This document shows, one piece after another, positions 16,818-27,700 of a stretch of DNA of 64,000 nt; within the stretch, counting starts at the first letter, position 1; each line of letters opens with the position of its first letter. Location: positions 327,050-391,049 of the forward strand of contig JBEKML010000001.1 of NCBI GenBank assembly GCA_050008535.1. The letters are read 5' to 3'. Under the pieces are notes generated by a model that did not search any database, had not been told where the DNA came from, and saw nothing but the letters and a program-made list of their open reading frames with translations. The stretch comes from Minisyncoccia bacterium (GTDB lineage Bacteria; Patescibacteriota; Minisyncoccia; UBA6257; 2-01-FULL-56-20). Both the position numbers and the translations under genes were made by a program.

Positions 16818-19370
16818 ATGAAAAAAATAATTTTTTGGGTGTGCGCGGTATTTGGGGCGTGCGGAGTGTGGTTCGTGGCGCCGCCGCTCGCGTTGCGGGC
16901 CGAGGCGGCGATCATAGACGACCATGGCACCGGCTATTCCGGTTATTATTTCAACAATCCTACGGGATACCGCGAGGTTTTTACGGAGCGGGTTCCGGCA
17001 TATCTTCATCATAATTTTGGGAGCTGTGCCACGAATCCGCGTCCGTGCGGCGATAACGAGTTTTATGTCATCTTCACGCCGGACAGGGATATCCCGAATG
17101 CATATGGCATTTCGGTTGACGATCCGAGCATAACCGATGCGGAACTTTTTAACGGGCAAGAAACCAGTCATTGTCCCCAGCCATTTCTGCTTTTCCACGA
17201 TGGCGGGGGTTCGGCGCTTCCCGGACCGCCGAATTGCGGCGGACCGCAATTCCGCGGTAGCGCCACGAGTTCTGCGTGGGCTGTTTTATACAACGGCGGG
17301 CTGTCCCCCTACAATACGAGTACGCAGCTCTTTTTACATGCGGGGATTTCTTACGATGTCGTCGGGTGGTGGTATGAAAACAAGCCCGCGAATCTTGACG
17401 ATGGGCAAATGGTCACGATAGGCATTTGGGAGCCGGATCCATTTGCAACATCCACGCCGCGGGAGCCGGTGGTCATTGTTCCGGGGATCATGGGGTCGAT
17501 CGTTACGAGAGTTTCCGACGGAGAGGAAGTTTGGCCGAATATCGGCAAAATGGCAAGTTTATCCGGCATTCTTTCGGAGGATTCGTATCTTAACGACCTC
17601 GCGCTCGACGCCGGCGGTCAGCCGCTCCTCGCGATGGGCACGCCGGACATCGTAAGGACGGTAACCACGACTATCGCATTCGTTCCCATCCAAAAGACGT
17701 TTTATGGGAATCTGGTAGACGCTTTTGTTTCGAAGGGATACACAGAGAACAAAGACCTTTTTGTAGTTCCGTACGATTGGCGGTTGGACGTTCGTTCGCA
17801 GGCGAATGCGCTTGACGCAAAGATCGCGTCGGCGGTTGCCGCGTCGCCGAACGGAAAGATCAATATTGTGGCGCACAGCATGGGCGGGGTTTTTGTGAAG
17901 GATTATCTTGCCGGCCGCGCCGATAATTCATTCTTGGATAAATTGGTGCTTGTCGGCGTGCCGCAATTGGGGGCGCCCACGGCATTCAAAATTTTGAACA
18001 ACGGGGATAACCTGGGTGTCGCCCTCGGCCCTTTTGATGTCTTGAGTTCCGCCGAAATAAAAAAGATTGCGCAGAACATGCCGTCGATTTACGAGTTGTT
18101 GCCGGGTCGGCGGTATGTGCAGATTGACGGGGGATACGTACGGGATTTCCGGGGTGGCAAGAATACAGTGCTTGGATACGACGAGACGGCGCATCTCATG
18201 ACGAGCAATCCTATAGACAGCCGCAATACAAATCTTTTGAACATTGCCGACGCCTTTCATCAAGGGCTCGATGCGCAGGCCGTAAATGCTTCAGATATCT
18301 ATAATGTTCTGGGCTGTCTCAAGCCAACCATTTCCCAGTTTAATTTCTATGACGATGGCGTTACGGATGTCACGCGCACGACGGGCGACGGCACCGTGCC
18401 CGAGGTGAGTGCCATGAATCTCGCTGACGGGTTTCATAATTACTTCGTGCTTGGCGACGAGACCGGGATCGATCATCCGAGGCTCGTAAGCGATCCGCGG
18501 TCGCTTGCGCTCATCACAAGCATTATAGAGAACGGCACTTCCACGAGCGGTAATTTGCCGCAAGGTGTTTCTACCGCGCTTGCGGCTTGTGCGGGAGGAG
18601 GATCGGGGTCGCCGGATGCGTCGGCGGCTCACGATGATAGCGTTGAATTCAGCGTCCATGGTTCTGCAGACCTGAACGTTTATGATGCTGCGGGCCGGCA
18701 CGCGGGACCTTTGCCGGACGGCACCACGGAGATCAATATCCCCGGAAGCAGTTATGAAAAGATGGGCAAAAATATTTTTGTTACGGTTCCTGCGAGCGCG
18801 ACGAGCACCTATAAAGTAGTTGGCCGTGCTACGGTAAACAGCGAAGACGCTTCAAGCACCACAAGCATGGTGACCATTAAAGCGAAAGGGCGCAAAAAAA
18901 GCACCGTGCAGCACGCGGTAACGTATGTCTCCGTGCCGCTCGAAAACGCGAGCGCCACTGCCGAACTGGACTTTTCTGGGTTTGATGGAGATCTTGCTCT
19001 GAAATTTGACGAGGACGGTGACGGCAATGCCGACGCCACTTCTTCGCCCGATGCGATCCTAACCGACACATCCTCAACCGACGACGTTACTCCTCCGGAT
19101 ATCACCCTACCTGCCATTCCCGCTGAAGCGGTGCAGGGGAGCACCACAATGTTGGTCTTTGGTGCGACCGACGCCGGGTCGGGGGTCGCCGCGATCACAG
19201 CAACGCTCAATGGCGATACGGTTTCAAACGGCCAAGTGATCACATTTGTGAAGCCCGGCGGGAATGTATTCATGATCACCGCTGTTGATAAAGCAGGGAA
19301 CCCAAGGACGCGCGAGCTTGATTTTGAAGTGATTGCGCCGCCTGAAAAGTACAAGCGTTGCGGACATTAA
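16818..19370 (+). CDS. secreted alpha/beta-hydrolase (lipase/esterase-like, GHSMGG-type nucleophile elbow) with C-terminal Ig-like domains
   Basis: Signal peptide MKKIIFWVCAVFGACGVWFVAPPLALRA. Nucleophile elbow INIVAHSMGGVFV (GxSxG). Ser/Thr-rich linker, then an Ig-like C-terminal region (PPDITLPAIPAEAVQGSTTMLVFGATDAGSGVAAITATLNG). Confidence 0.6.
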   Translation: MKKIIFWVCAVFGACGVWFVAPPLALRAEAAIIDDHGTGYSGYYFNNPTGYREVFTERVPAYLHHNFGSCATNPRPCGDNEFYVIFTPDRDIPNAYGISVDDPSITDAELFNGQETSHCPQPFLLFHDGGGSALPGPPNCGGPQFRGSATSSAWAVLYNGGLSPYNTSTQLFLHAGISYDVVGWWYENKPANLDDGQMVTIGIWEPDPFATSTPREPVVIVPGIMGSIVTRVSDGEEVWPNIGKMASLSGILSEDSYLNDLALDAGGQPLLAMGTPDIVRTVTTTIAFVPIQKTFYGNLVDAFVSKGYTENKDLFVVPYDWRLDVRSQANALDAKIASAVAASPNGKINIVAHSMGGVFVKDYLAGRADNSFLDKLVLVGVPQLGAPTAFKILNNGDNLGVALGPFDVLSSAEIKKIAQNMPSIYELLPGRRYVQIDGGYVRDFRGGKNTVLGYDETAHLMTSNPIDSRNTNLLNIADAFHQGLDAQAVNASDIYNVLGCLKPTISQFNFYDDGVTDVTRTTGDGTVPEVSAMNLADGFHNYFVLGDETGIDHPRLVSDPRSLALITSIIENGTSTSGNLPQGVSTALAACAGGGSGSPDASAAHDDSVEFSVHGSADLNVYDAAGRHAGPLPDGTTEINIPGSSYEKMGKNIFVTVPASATSTYKVVGRATVNSEDASSTTSMVTIKAKGRKKSTVQHAVTYVSVPLENASATAELDFSGFDGDLALKFDEDGDGNADATSSPDAILTDTSSTDDVTPPDITLPAIPAEAVQGSTTMLVFGATDAGSGVAAITATLNGDTVSNGQVITFVKPGGNVFMITAVDKAGNPRTRELDFEVIAPPEKYKRCGH

Positions 19371-19702
19371 AAATAGCATCGTATACTATAGCCATGCGAA
19401 GGATGTATTGGTGGGGCGCGCTTGCGGGGTTTGGTGCGGGCCTTCTCTTTATCGCGGTAGTTTTTTTGTTCCCCGCGCTCCGTGCCCTTGCCGCAGATGT
19501 TGGAGCGTTTTCGTGGTCGTTCTCGCTTTTTTGCCTGCTTTGCTTTGTTCTCTTCGTCGCAACTCCGTGGTTCCATCGGAACGGAAATATCTCCGCCGCC
19601 CGCGCGTTCCCTTTTTTTCTCTTAGGCGCGGTCGCGGCTTACGCGCTTCTCTTTCTTGCCATCGTTATGGTTTTTGAGCTGTGGCAGCCCCAGATCCTAT
19701 AG
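19358..19702 (+). CDS. hypothetical small membrane protein (3 TM)
   Basis: Hydrophobic helices. Overlaps the end of the upstream gene by 13 nt. The true start may be the ATG at 19394. Confidence 0.35.
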   Translation: MRTLKIASYTIAMRRMYWWGALAGFGAGLLFIAVVFLFPALRALAADVGAFSWSFSLFCLLCFVLFVATPWFHRNGNISAARAFPFFLLGAVAAYALLFLAIVMVFELWQPQIL

Positions 19703-19706
19703 TGTC

Positions 19707-20408
19707 ATGCTCGAACCAAAAGTTATCTACGAAGACAGCAACCTTCTTGTGATTAATAAGCCCCCCGGGCTTCAGGTGCACGCCGCGAAAATTTCCGGCG
19801 CACAGGCGGCCCATCACGCCGCACCGCGTCCGATAGCTCTCACCGTAGTCGATTGGCTCGTAAAATATTATCCGGAAGTAAAGAACGTCGGCGACGATCC
19901 CGCGCTCCGGCCGGGCATCGTGCACCGGCTTGATAAGGAAACGTCGGGTGTGATGCTTGTGGCAAGGAACCAGAAATATTTTGACTACCTTAAGCTGCTT
20001 TTCCAAAAGCACGAGATAAAAAAAACCTATCTGGCGTTCGTCGCGGGGGTTCCTGCGAAAAGGCAGGGGATCATTGACGCGCCGATCGGTATTCGGAACG
20101 GGACGATGAAGCGGAGCATCCGCTCGGCAAAAATGGCAAAGCCGGCCGTTACGGAATACCGCGTTCTTAAAACATTGGGCGGAGAGGGCGGGCACTATTC
20201 TCTTCTAGAGATAAGCCCGAAGACCGGCCGCACGCACCAGATCCGCGTGCATCTCGCGAGCATCGGGCACCCCGTTCTTGGGGATCGCCTGTATGGCCCA
20301 AAAAAGCAACCGGCATGGGTGGACCGCTTGATGCTCCACGCGCTTTCCGTTGAATTCACCGCTGCGGACGGCAAACGGGTAAAATTCGAGGCCGCCCCGC
20401 CGTTTTAG
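19707..20408 (+). CDS. pseudouridine synthase, RluA family
   Basis: LVINKPPGLQVH and the catalytic motif HRLDKETSGVMLVARN. The ATG at 19707 is in frame with the longer ORF. Confidence 0.8.
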   Translation: MLEPKVIYEDSNLLVINKPPGLQVHAAKISGAQAAHHAAPRPIALTVVDWLVKYYPEVKNVGDDPALRPGIVHRLDKETSGVMLVARNQKYFDYLKLLFQKHEIKKTYLAFVAGVPAKRQGIIDAPIGIRNGTMKRSIRSAKMAKPAVTEYRVLKTLGGEGGHYSLLEISPKTGRTHQIRVHLASIGHPVLGDRLYGPKKQPAWVDRLMLHALSVEFTAADGKRVKFEAAPPF

Positions 20409-20495
20409 TTATCCACACCCGATTTTCCTTGCGTTTTTACGGCATGCTACAATGGTTACATATAGAGAAAGGTCGAATTTTTCCTTGGTTATCAA

Positions 20496-21179
20496 ATGAA
20501 AAATAAAAATCGCAAAGGATTCACCCTCATTGAGCTTTTGATCGTGATCGCAATCATTGCGGTCTTGTCGGTGGTTGTCATCTTGTCCTTAAATCCGGCG
20601 GAATTGCTCCGCCAGGCGCGGGATTCCAACCGTATTTCGGACATGGCGACCCTGAAGAGCGCTATTTCCCTCTACTTGGCGGACGTGGCGAGTCCCTATC
20701 TTGGGGCTGCGGCAACCTGCTATGTAGGCGTTGCTACTTCTGCTGCTAATCCCTTTCTAGACACTCCGAGTAACGTCGGTACCTGGGCAACGTCAAGCCC
20801 CAGCTCGTGTGCAAACTTTTTTGCAGTGGCGACAAGCAGCATTGCGGCGACCTCAACACGAACGATTGGGACCGTTGGCAGCACGACGGGAAATGGCTGG
20901 GTTCCGGTGGACTTCGCAAATATCAGCTCCGGCGCGCCGATCGGCCAGGAGCCGGTTGACCCGATAAACCAGGTGGGCACCTGCGTGGGGACCAGCTCAG
21001 CGGTTTCCCTCTCGAGCTGCGGTCTCTACTATGGGTATGCCATCAGCACTACGAACTTCAAACTTACCGCGGTCATGGAGAGCACGAAGTACACGAAGGG
21101 AGGCGGCGGCGATGTGGAAACTTCGGACGGCGGCACCAACCCTTACGTTTACGAAGGGGGGACGAGTCCGACGCTGTAG
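20496..21179 (+). CDS. type IV pilin (prepilin, class III signal peptide)
   Basis: MKNKNRKGFTLIELLIVIAIIAVLS: G|FTLIE prepilin cleavage/methylation motif with Glu+5. Confidence 0.75.
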   Translation: MKNKNRKGFTLIELLIVIAIIAVLSVVVILSLNPAELLRQARDSNRISDMATLKSAISLYLADVASPYLGAAATCYVGVATSAANPFLDTPSNVGTWATSSPSSCANFFAVATSSIAATSTRTIGTVGSTTGNGWVPVDFANISSGAPIGQEPVDPINQVGTCVGTSSAVSLSSCGLYYGYAISTTNFKLTAVMESTKYTKGGGGDVETSDGGTNPYVYEGGTSPTL

Positions 21180-21258
21180 TTTCTTCCTGTAGTACAAGGT
21201 TTCTGTAACTATCCAGCACCGCTTTCTGAAGCGGTGCTGGATTGGTATTATATAAGGT

Positions 21259-22974
21259 ATGCGCCTTCCGCTGCCGGTACCGCAGATTAAAAAATTGCTG
21301 GTTGACGAGGGGCTTATTACGTCGGAAAGGTTTGACGAGCTTTCTGCCGAAGCCGCGCGAAAAAATCAGAGCATCCTTGACGTTCTCGTTTCGGAACAGT
21401 TCACCACGGCGGATTATTTGAACGATCTTATAGCGAACGCCCTGGATGTCCCGCGCGCGGATTTTGCGACGCAAAAAATACAAAGCGACATAGTGAAGCT
21501 TTTGCCCGAGTACGTTGCGCGCCAGCGCCAAGCGATCGTTTTCAAGAAAGAAGACGACGAGACCTACGACGTTGCGATGATAGATCCGTCCGATCTTGAA
21601 ACAGTCGCGTTTCTTAGCCAGCGCCTCAAGGGGAAAATAAAGCCGTTCTTTGCGACCACGGAAGACCTGAACCGCGGGTTTTCGGTGTACGGCTACGAGC
21701 TCGGTCAGGATTTTAAAAAGCTCATTGAGGAGAACATCCAGGCATCGCTTACCAGCACCGTAAAGAGCGCCGAAGAGGCCGCAAGCGAGCTCCCTATCGT
21801 GGGCATCGTGGACAATGTTCTCTCGTATGCTACCGCGTCGCGCGCCTCGGATGTCCACGTAGAGATTCTGGAAAACGCATTATTCATCCGTTATCGCATT
21901 GACGGCATCCTATACGAAATTATGAGCGTCCCAAAGGCGGTATATCCCGCGATCGTCGCGCGCCTTAAACTTCTTTCCGGCCTCAAGATCGACGAACATC
22001 AGAAGCCGCAAGACGGGAGGTTTCAGTATCAGATCGGGAACCAAAAGATCGACGTCCGGACGTCCGTCATACCGACCTTTTACGGCGAAAAAGTGGAAAT
22101 GCGGCTGCTTGAGGCGTCCCAGAAAGCGCTTTCGCTTGAGGAGCTCGGCATGCAATCCGATGACGCGAAGATCATTACCGAGAGCCTTAAGAAAGCGTAC
22201 GGTATGATCCTTGCCTGCGGGCCGACCGGTTCCGGAAAAACGACGACGCTCTACGCCATGATGAACATATTGAACAAACCGCAAGTGAACGTGACGACGA
22301 TCGAAGACCCGATCGAATATAATATGCGTTACGTGAACCAGACACAGATCAATCCGCAGGCGGGGATCACGTTCGCCTCGGGGCTCCGGGCGCTTCTCCG
22401 GCAGGATCCCAACATCATCATGATCGGCGAGATCCGCGATGCGGAGACCGCGGAGATTTCTGTGCAAGCGGCCCTGACCGGCCACCTGCTTCTTTCTTCG
22501 CTCCACACGAATGATGCGCCGACCGCCGTGCCGCGTCTTTTTGACCTCGGGATCCCGCCGTTCCTCGCGGTTTCGGTTTTGAATCTTGTGATCGCGCAGC
22601 GTCTCGTGCGGCGGATCTGCCAAACCTGCCTCTATTCATATGAGGCGGGCCCCGAGGTACAAAAGACGATGGAAGCCCAACTTGCGGAGCTTGGGGTAAA
22701 AGAAGGGACCGTGAAAGCACCAAAGGTCCTCTATCGCGGCAAAGGGTGCAGCTCGTGCGGGATGACCGGTTACCGCGGCCGCTTCGGCATCTACGAATTA
22801 TTGCAGATTACCGAAGCAGTCAAAAAGATCATTATCCAGGGAAATTTCAGCCTTGAGGGCCTGCGCACCGCCGCGCGCCGGGAGGGAATGAGGACGATGT
22901 TTGAAGACGGGCTCTTAAAAATGGAGCTTGCCCAGACGACGTTCGAAGAGGTATTGCGCGTGATCCGCGAATAG
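21259..22974 (+). CDS. pilB: type IV pilus assembly ATPase PilB/GspE family
   Basis: Walker A ACGPTGSGKTTTLYAM, Asp box and His box regions, C-terminal tetracysteine CQTC...CSSCGMTGYRGR. Confidence 0.9.
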   Translation: MRLPLPVPQIKKLLVDEGLITSERFDELSAEAARKNQSILDVLVSEQFTTADYLNDLIANALDVPRADFATQKIQSDIVKLLPEYVARQRQAIVFKKEDDETYDVAMIDPSDLETVAFLSQRLKGKIKPFFATTEDLNRGFSVYGYELGQDFKKLIEENIQASLTSTVKSAEEAASELPIVGIVDNVLSYATASRASDVHVEILENALFIRYRIDGILYEIMSVPKAVYPAIVARLKLLSGLKIDEHQKPQDGRFQYQIGNQKIDVRTSVIPTFYGEKVEMRLLEASQKALSLEELGMQSDDAKIITESLKKAYGMILACGPTGSGKTTTLYAMMNILNKPQVNVTTIEDPIEYNMRYVNQTQINPQAGITFASGLRALLRQDPNIIMIGEIRDAETAEISVQAALTGHLLLSSLHTNDAPTAVPRLFDLGIPPFLAVSVLNLVIAQRLVRRICQTCLYSYEAGPEVQKTMEAQLAELGVKEGTVKAPKVLYRGKGCSSCGMTGYRGRFGIYELLQITEAVKKIIIQGNFSLEGLRTAARREGMRTMFEDGLLKMELAQTTFEEVLRVIRE

Positions 22975-22999
22975 CCCCGAAGTGTTGTAAAATAATCAT

Positions 23000-24205
23000 A
23001 TGCTCTATCACTATGTGGCCGTTGATCAGTCAGGGAAGAGTGCAGAGGCGGATTTTGAAGCGGGAACCCAGAACGACGTCCTTCGCTATCTTTCGGAAAA
23101 GGGACTCCGCCCGATTTCGGTAAAATCCGTACGGCAGCACGGGCTTTGGGTACCGCAATTCTGGGGCGGCATCACGACATCCGACAAGGTGTTTCTTACG
23201 AAGTATCTCGCGCTCATGCTGCGGGTGGGGACCGATCTTCTGTCCGCGGTCGATATTTTGACTGCGGATTTTGACAAGCCATCCGTGAAGAATTTTCTGC
23301 TTGAAGTGCACGAGAGTCTGGGCCGCGGCCAGCCGTTCTATCAGGCCTTCGCAAAACACCCAGAAAGCTTTTCGCCTACTTTTATTGGTTTGGTGAAGGC
23401 CGCAGAGACATCCGGAAATCTTGAGAAGACCTTCTCGGATTTAAGCGACTCGCTTGAACGCGAGGCGGAGCTCCGCTCGCGGGTCCGGTCGGCGGTGGTG
23501 TATCCGATCGTGGTGCTTTGTATGTCACTTGCCATCATTACCTTTCTTGTGACCCTTGCTCTGCCGAAACTTGCAGTGGCATTTTCGAGCGGCGGCGTCA
23601 ATCCTCCGCTCTTCTCGCGCATCGTGTTCGATGTGGGGCTTTTTGTAGGGAACAACATCATACTGCTCTACGCTATACTTTTCGGGACAATCGCGCTCTT
23701 TGTCCTGGGAGTTCGCAAGACGGAGACGGGAAAACGGTTGTGGAGCCGGACGCTTACCCATCTCCCTGTGGTGCGGAGAATTTATACCGATCTCGCCGTC
23801 CAGCATATGGCTTCAACTATGAGCGCGCTTATGCGGGCGGGGCTGCCGATCATGGAGACCATTACGACCGCGGCTGAGACCGTGAACCACCGGGAGTTCC
23901 AATATGCCCTCCTGCGCGTGGCGAACGAAGGCCTTGCAAAGGGGCTTACGATAGGGGAAGCGTTCAGGCGGGAAGCGGTTTTCCCGAAATCGGTCGTGAA
24001 CCTCGTGGCCATTTCCGAAAAAGCGGGGCACCTTGAAGAGGTGCTGGGCACTCTCTCTAAATTTTATGAGGCAAACATTGATTCCAACATCAAGGCGCTG
24101 GTCTCATTGCTTGAGCCGATGTTGCTTCTTTCGATGGGCATCATTGTTGCGGTCATCGCACTCTCCATCATCGTGCCGATCTATCAATTGACGAGCTCGT
24201 TCTAG
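23000..24205 (+). CDS. pilC: type IV pilus platform protein PilC/GspF family
   Basis: Two GspF-type repeats. Polytopic membrane protein immediately after pilB. Confidence 0.85.
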   Translation: MLYHYVAVDQSGKSAEADFEAGTQNDVLRYLSEKGLRPISVKSVRQHGLWVPQFWGGITTSDKVFLTKYLALMLRVGTDLLSAVDILTADFDKPSVKNFLLEVHESLGRGQPFYQAFAKHPESFSPTFIGLVKAAETSGNLEKTFSDLSDSLEREAELRSRVRSAVVYPIVVLCMSLAIITFLVTLALPKLAVAFSSGGVNPPLFSRIVFDVGLFVGNNIILLYAILFGTIALFVLGVRKTETGKRLWSRTLTHLPVVRRIYTDLAVQHMASTMSALMRAGLPIMETITTAAETVNHREFQYALLRVANEGLAKGLTIGEAFRREAVFPKSVVNLVAISEKAGHLEEVLGTLSKFYEANIDSNIKALVSLLEPMLLLSMGIIVAVIALSIIVPIYQLTSSF

Positions 24206-24215
24206 CCCGATATTC

Positions 24216-24737
24216 ATGAAAAAAGGATTCACCATCGTTGAGCTCCTGATCGTAATCGGGATCATCGCCATAATCACCACGGTTTCCGTTTTGACTCTTT
24301 TCAACTGGCATAGCACGGCGGTTTTGACGAGTACCACAAAACAGATCGGCGCCCTTCTTCGCGAGGCACAGAGCAATACGATGGCGCAGAACCAGGGCGC
24401 CGCATGGGGAGTGCATTTTGATAACACTACCTCAACGGCGGCGTTCTATTCGCTCTTCTATACCTTCAATGGCACCTATGCATCTTCGACGCGGGTTGGC
24501 CAATATCCACTCCCTGCCGGTATCTGTTATGCGACCTCGAGCGTCAATGTCGGTTCCTCCACGGATATCATTTTTAGCGGGATCTCCGGCCAGCCCTCTG
24601 CTTCGGTGACCATCATGCTGCAGCTCATAATAAACGGCAGCTGCAGCACGGCCACAAGTTCCGGATCGGCGGCCAGCCTAAACCGTTCAGGGAGCGGATT
24701 GATCTTTTTTGACAATTTCAATCGATCGAATCTTTAG
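24216..24737 (+). CDS. type IV pilin-like protein (prepilin motif)
   Basis: MKKGFTIVELLIVIGIIAIITTVSV: G|FTIVE motif with Glu+5. Confidence 0.7.
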   Translation: MKKGFTIVELLIVIGIIAIITTVSVLTLFNWHSTAVLTSTTKQIGALLREAQSNTMAQNQGAAWGVHFDNTTSTAAFYSLFYTFNGTYASSTRVGQYPLPAGICYATSSVNVGSSTDIIFSGISGQPSASVTIMLQLIINGSCSTATSSGSAASLNRSGSGLIFFDNFNRSNL

Positions 24738-24743
24738 AAGGAA

Positions 24744-27700
24744 ATGCAAAACAAGAAATTCATCGTAGTCGGCGTTGTTATTGGGTGCATCATTATTTTT
24801 GCCCCAAAGGCATTTGCTTCAGATAGATATTATGTAGGTGGAACGGCAAACTGGAGCGCGACTTCAAGTTGGGCTACAACTTCCGGCGGCAGTCCCGGGG
24901 CGTCTATACCGACCCCTGCCGATAATTGCTTTTTTGACGCAAGCTCCAGTCCCACTTCTTATACCGTCACGTTAACTGCCGCGGTCAGCTGTAAAGACAT
25001 TACCGTCGTCAGTCCACCTTCGGGCAATGCGACTATTGGTGTCAATAATTATAATATGGCTGTTTACGGCTCAATGGATTTGGCCACTGGAACGGTTGTC
25101 AGTATAGGTACTTCTGGCGTCTCTTTTGCCGCGACTTCCAGCGTCCAGACTATTAGAACGAGAGGAACGTCCTTTGTCATAGTGTCTTTTACTGGTTCTG
25201 GCGCAACTTTCCGACTGCTTGATAATCTTACAGTAAGTTATCAGATAGGTTTAAGTGCCGGGAGGATATTTGATGCCAATGGCCAGACAGTTATTTTTCC
25301 TAGTTCAACTAATGCTTATGTATCGGGTGATTTTACATTTTATAACCTAACTCGTAATACGAATGCAGCAAATAGGAATCTCTATCTCGGCGGCAATATA
25401 ACTATCACTGGCACCTTAACCTTGAATGGTTATAGTGCCACCACTAGCCGTTCGCTTCTTGTTTCACAAACTTCGGGCGCACAAACTGCGGGCATAACCA
25501 GAACAATAACTCTTTCAGGGGCAAGTGCTACTTTGTCTGTTTCTAATATAGACCTTGAAGATATAGCAGGAGCGGTGGCCAATGGAGCTAGTGCCGCTCT
25601 ATGGGATTTATCGGCTATTTCGGGACTTTCCGGCGATTGCGGTGGAAATAGTGGGATAACTTTTACCAATCCCCAAACCCAATACTATAAACATCCAGGA
25701 ACTGCTAATGCGTCCTGGTCAGGTGCTAATTGGTATGCCTCAGACCATGCTACCCTTCAGCGGGTTCCTTTGCCGCAAGATGATGTTGTATTTAATGTGG
25801 GTGCGTTTGCGGCAACCGGAAAGAAGATCACGATGGATATGCCAAGGGGGGGCAAGAGTATAGATTTTAGCGCGGTTGAGTATACTCCTACTTTTGCCCT
25901 GGATAGCACCAGTAATACCATTTACGGTTCTCTGACATTGGGAACAATGGGCAATAGCAATATTATCGCTATGGGTGGTAACGCTTTCGTTTTCGGAGGC
26001 AGGAGCGCTTACACTTTGAAAAGCAACGGCAATACTTTTTCTTCTGCCGGAAATTGGAGCTTTACTTCAAACGCTCCGGGTGGGTCTTTGACTTTAAAAG
26101 ATAACTTGAATATGGTAGGTGGCACAGCGGTGACGCTGACGACAGCCAATGGAACTTTTAGCGCGGTGGATGGTGCGAACAATTATGCTATTACTACAGG
26201 CAGGATCGGCGTAAGCGCCTCAGGAACCATTGCTCTGGGTTCGGCAACTCATCTATTAACCGGGACGGGAGCGGTGTGGACCGGCACGGGAATAGTAAAT
26301 GCCGGTAGCTCAACGCTTAAATTCACCAATACTGGCACTTCCACGATCTCATTTACGAGTGGAACTAAAACCTACAACAACGTTTGGTTCTCTCGCGGGG
26401 GGAGCACGGCTTCAACCACAATTACCGGAAACAACACCTTTAATGATTTTAAGGATGACGGGAATGCTGCTCACTCAATTCTTTTCACCCACGGAACGAC
26501 GTCCACAGTTCAAACATTCACGGTGACGGGTAATGGTGCGGGAAATGAAATAACCATAAACAGCGATACGGCAGCGACCCATTCGTTAGTAAAATTAGGC
26601 GGGGGGACGATTTCCAGTGATTACTTGAATATCCAACACTCCGTAGCTTCTCCGGTAAATACGTGGTATGCGGGAACCAACAGCATAAATAATCAAGCAG
26701 TGGCAACGGCGGGAAGCGGGTGGATATTCACGAGTCCGCCCGTCCCCGGCGCGCCGGGGACGCCCACCTATACAAGTGTGAGCTCCAGTACGCTTACGGT
26801 GAACTGGGCTTCTTCAACGGGTGCCACCTATTACAAAATGGAACGCGCGACCTCTTCGCAATCCTACCTCCAAATCGCGACCACGAGCGCCCTTTCCTAC
26901 GCCGATACGGGGCTCACCGCGAACACGACGTTCTTTTACCGCGTCCGGGGGACGAACGGCAACGGCGACGGTCCGTACAGCACAAGCTCGAGCATTCTCA
27001 CCTTGCCCGACGTTGTTTCTCCGGCGCCGACCTATGCGAACATAGGGACAAGCACCGTGACCGTGAATTGGACCACTCCGACGGGCGGCGCGGCATCATA
27101 TATCATCCAGCGCGCAACCTCTTCGCAATCGTATGCCCAAGTCGCAACAACAACCGCGATTTTCATAAACGACAGCGGCCTTGCGCAGAGCACCATCTAT
27201 TTCTATCGCGTGCAGGCCGCGAATGCGACGGGGAACGGGCAAGTGAGCGCAAGTTCCAGCGTGACGACCACGGGAGTGAATTCGGCACCCAATGCGCCTT
27301 CGGAAGATTTACCCGCGAATAATTCGCAAGGCATAAGCATAACTCCGGTTTTCGAAATGACTGCGACTGATCCCGAAAGCAACAATTTACAATACAGAGT
27401 GGTTATCTATTCCAACTCCGGCTGTACGGCCGTCGTTCAGACCAATGATCAAAGTGCGTCGCAGACCGGCTGGTCGGGCCAGAATGCTTCCTCGAGCTAT
27501 GAATATATCTCGGGCACCCAAGGGGTCTTCGCGACGCAGTCCGCGCTCTCGGCAAATACCACCTATTACTGGATAGCGAATGCGAAAGATCCCGAAGGAT
27601 CAAATACGTGGGGCGCCTCTTCAACCTGCAACGGCTTTACGACGGCCTACGGCAGCTGGGCCACGGATTCGGGGAATTGGAGCGTGAGCAGCAGCCAGTA

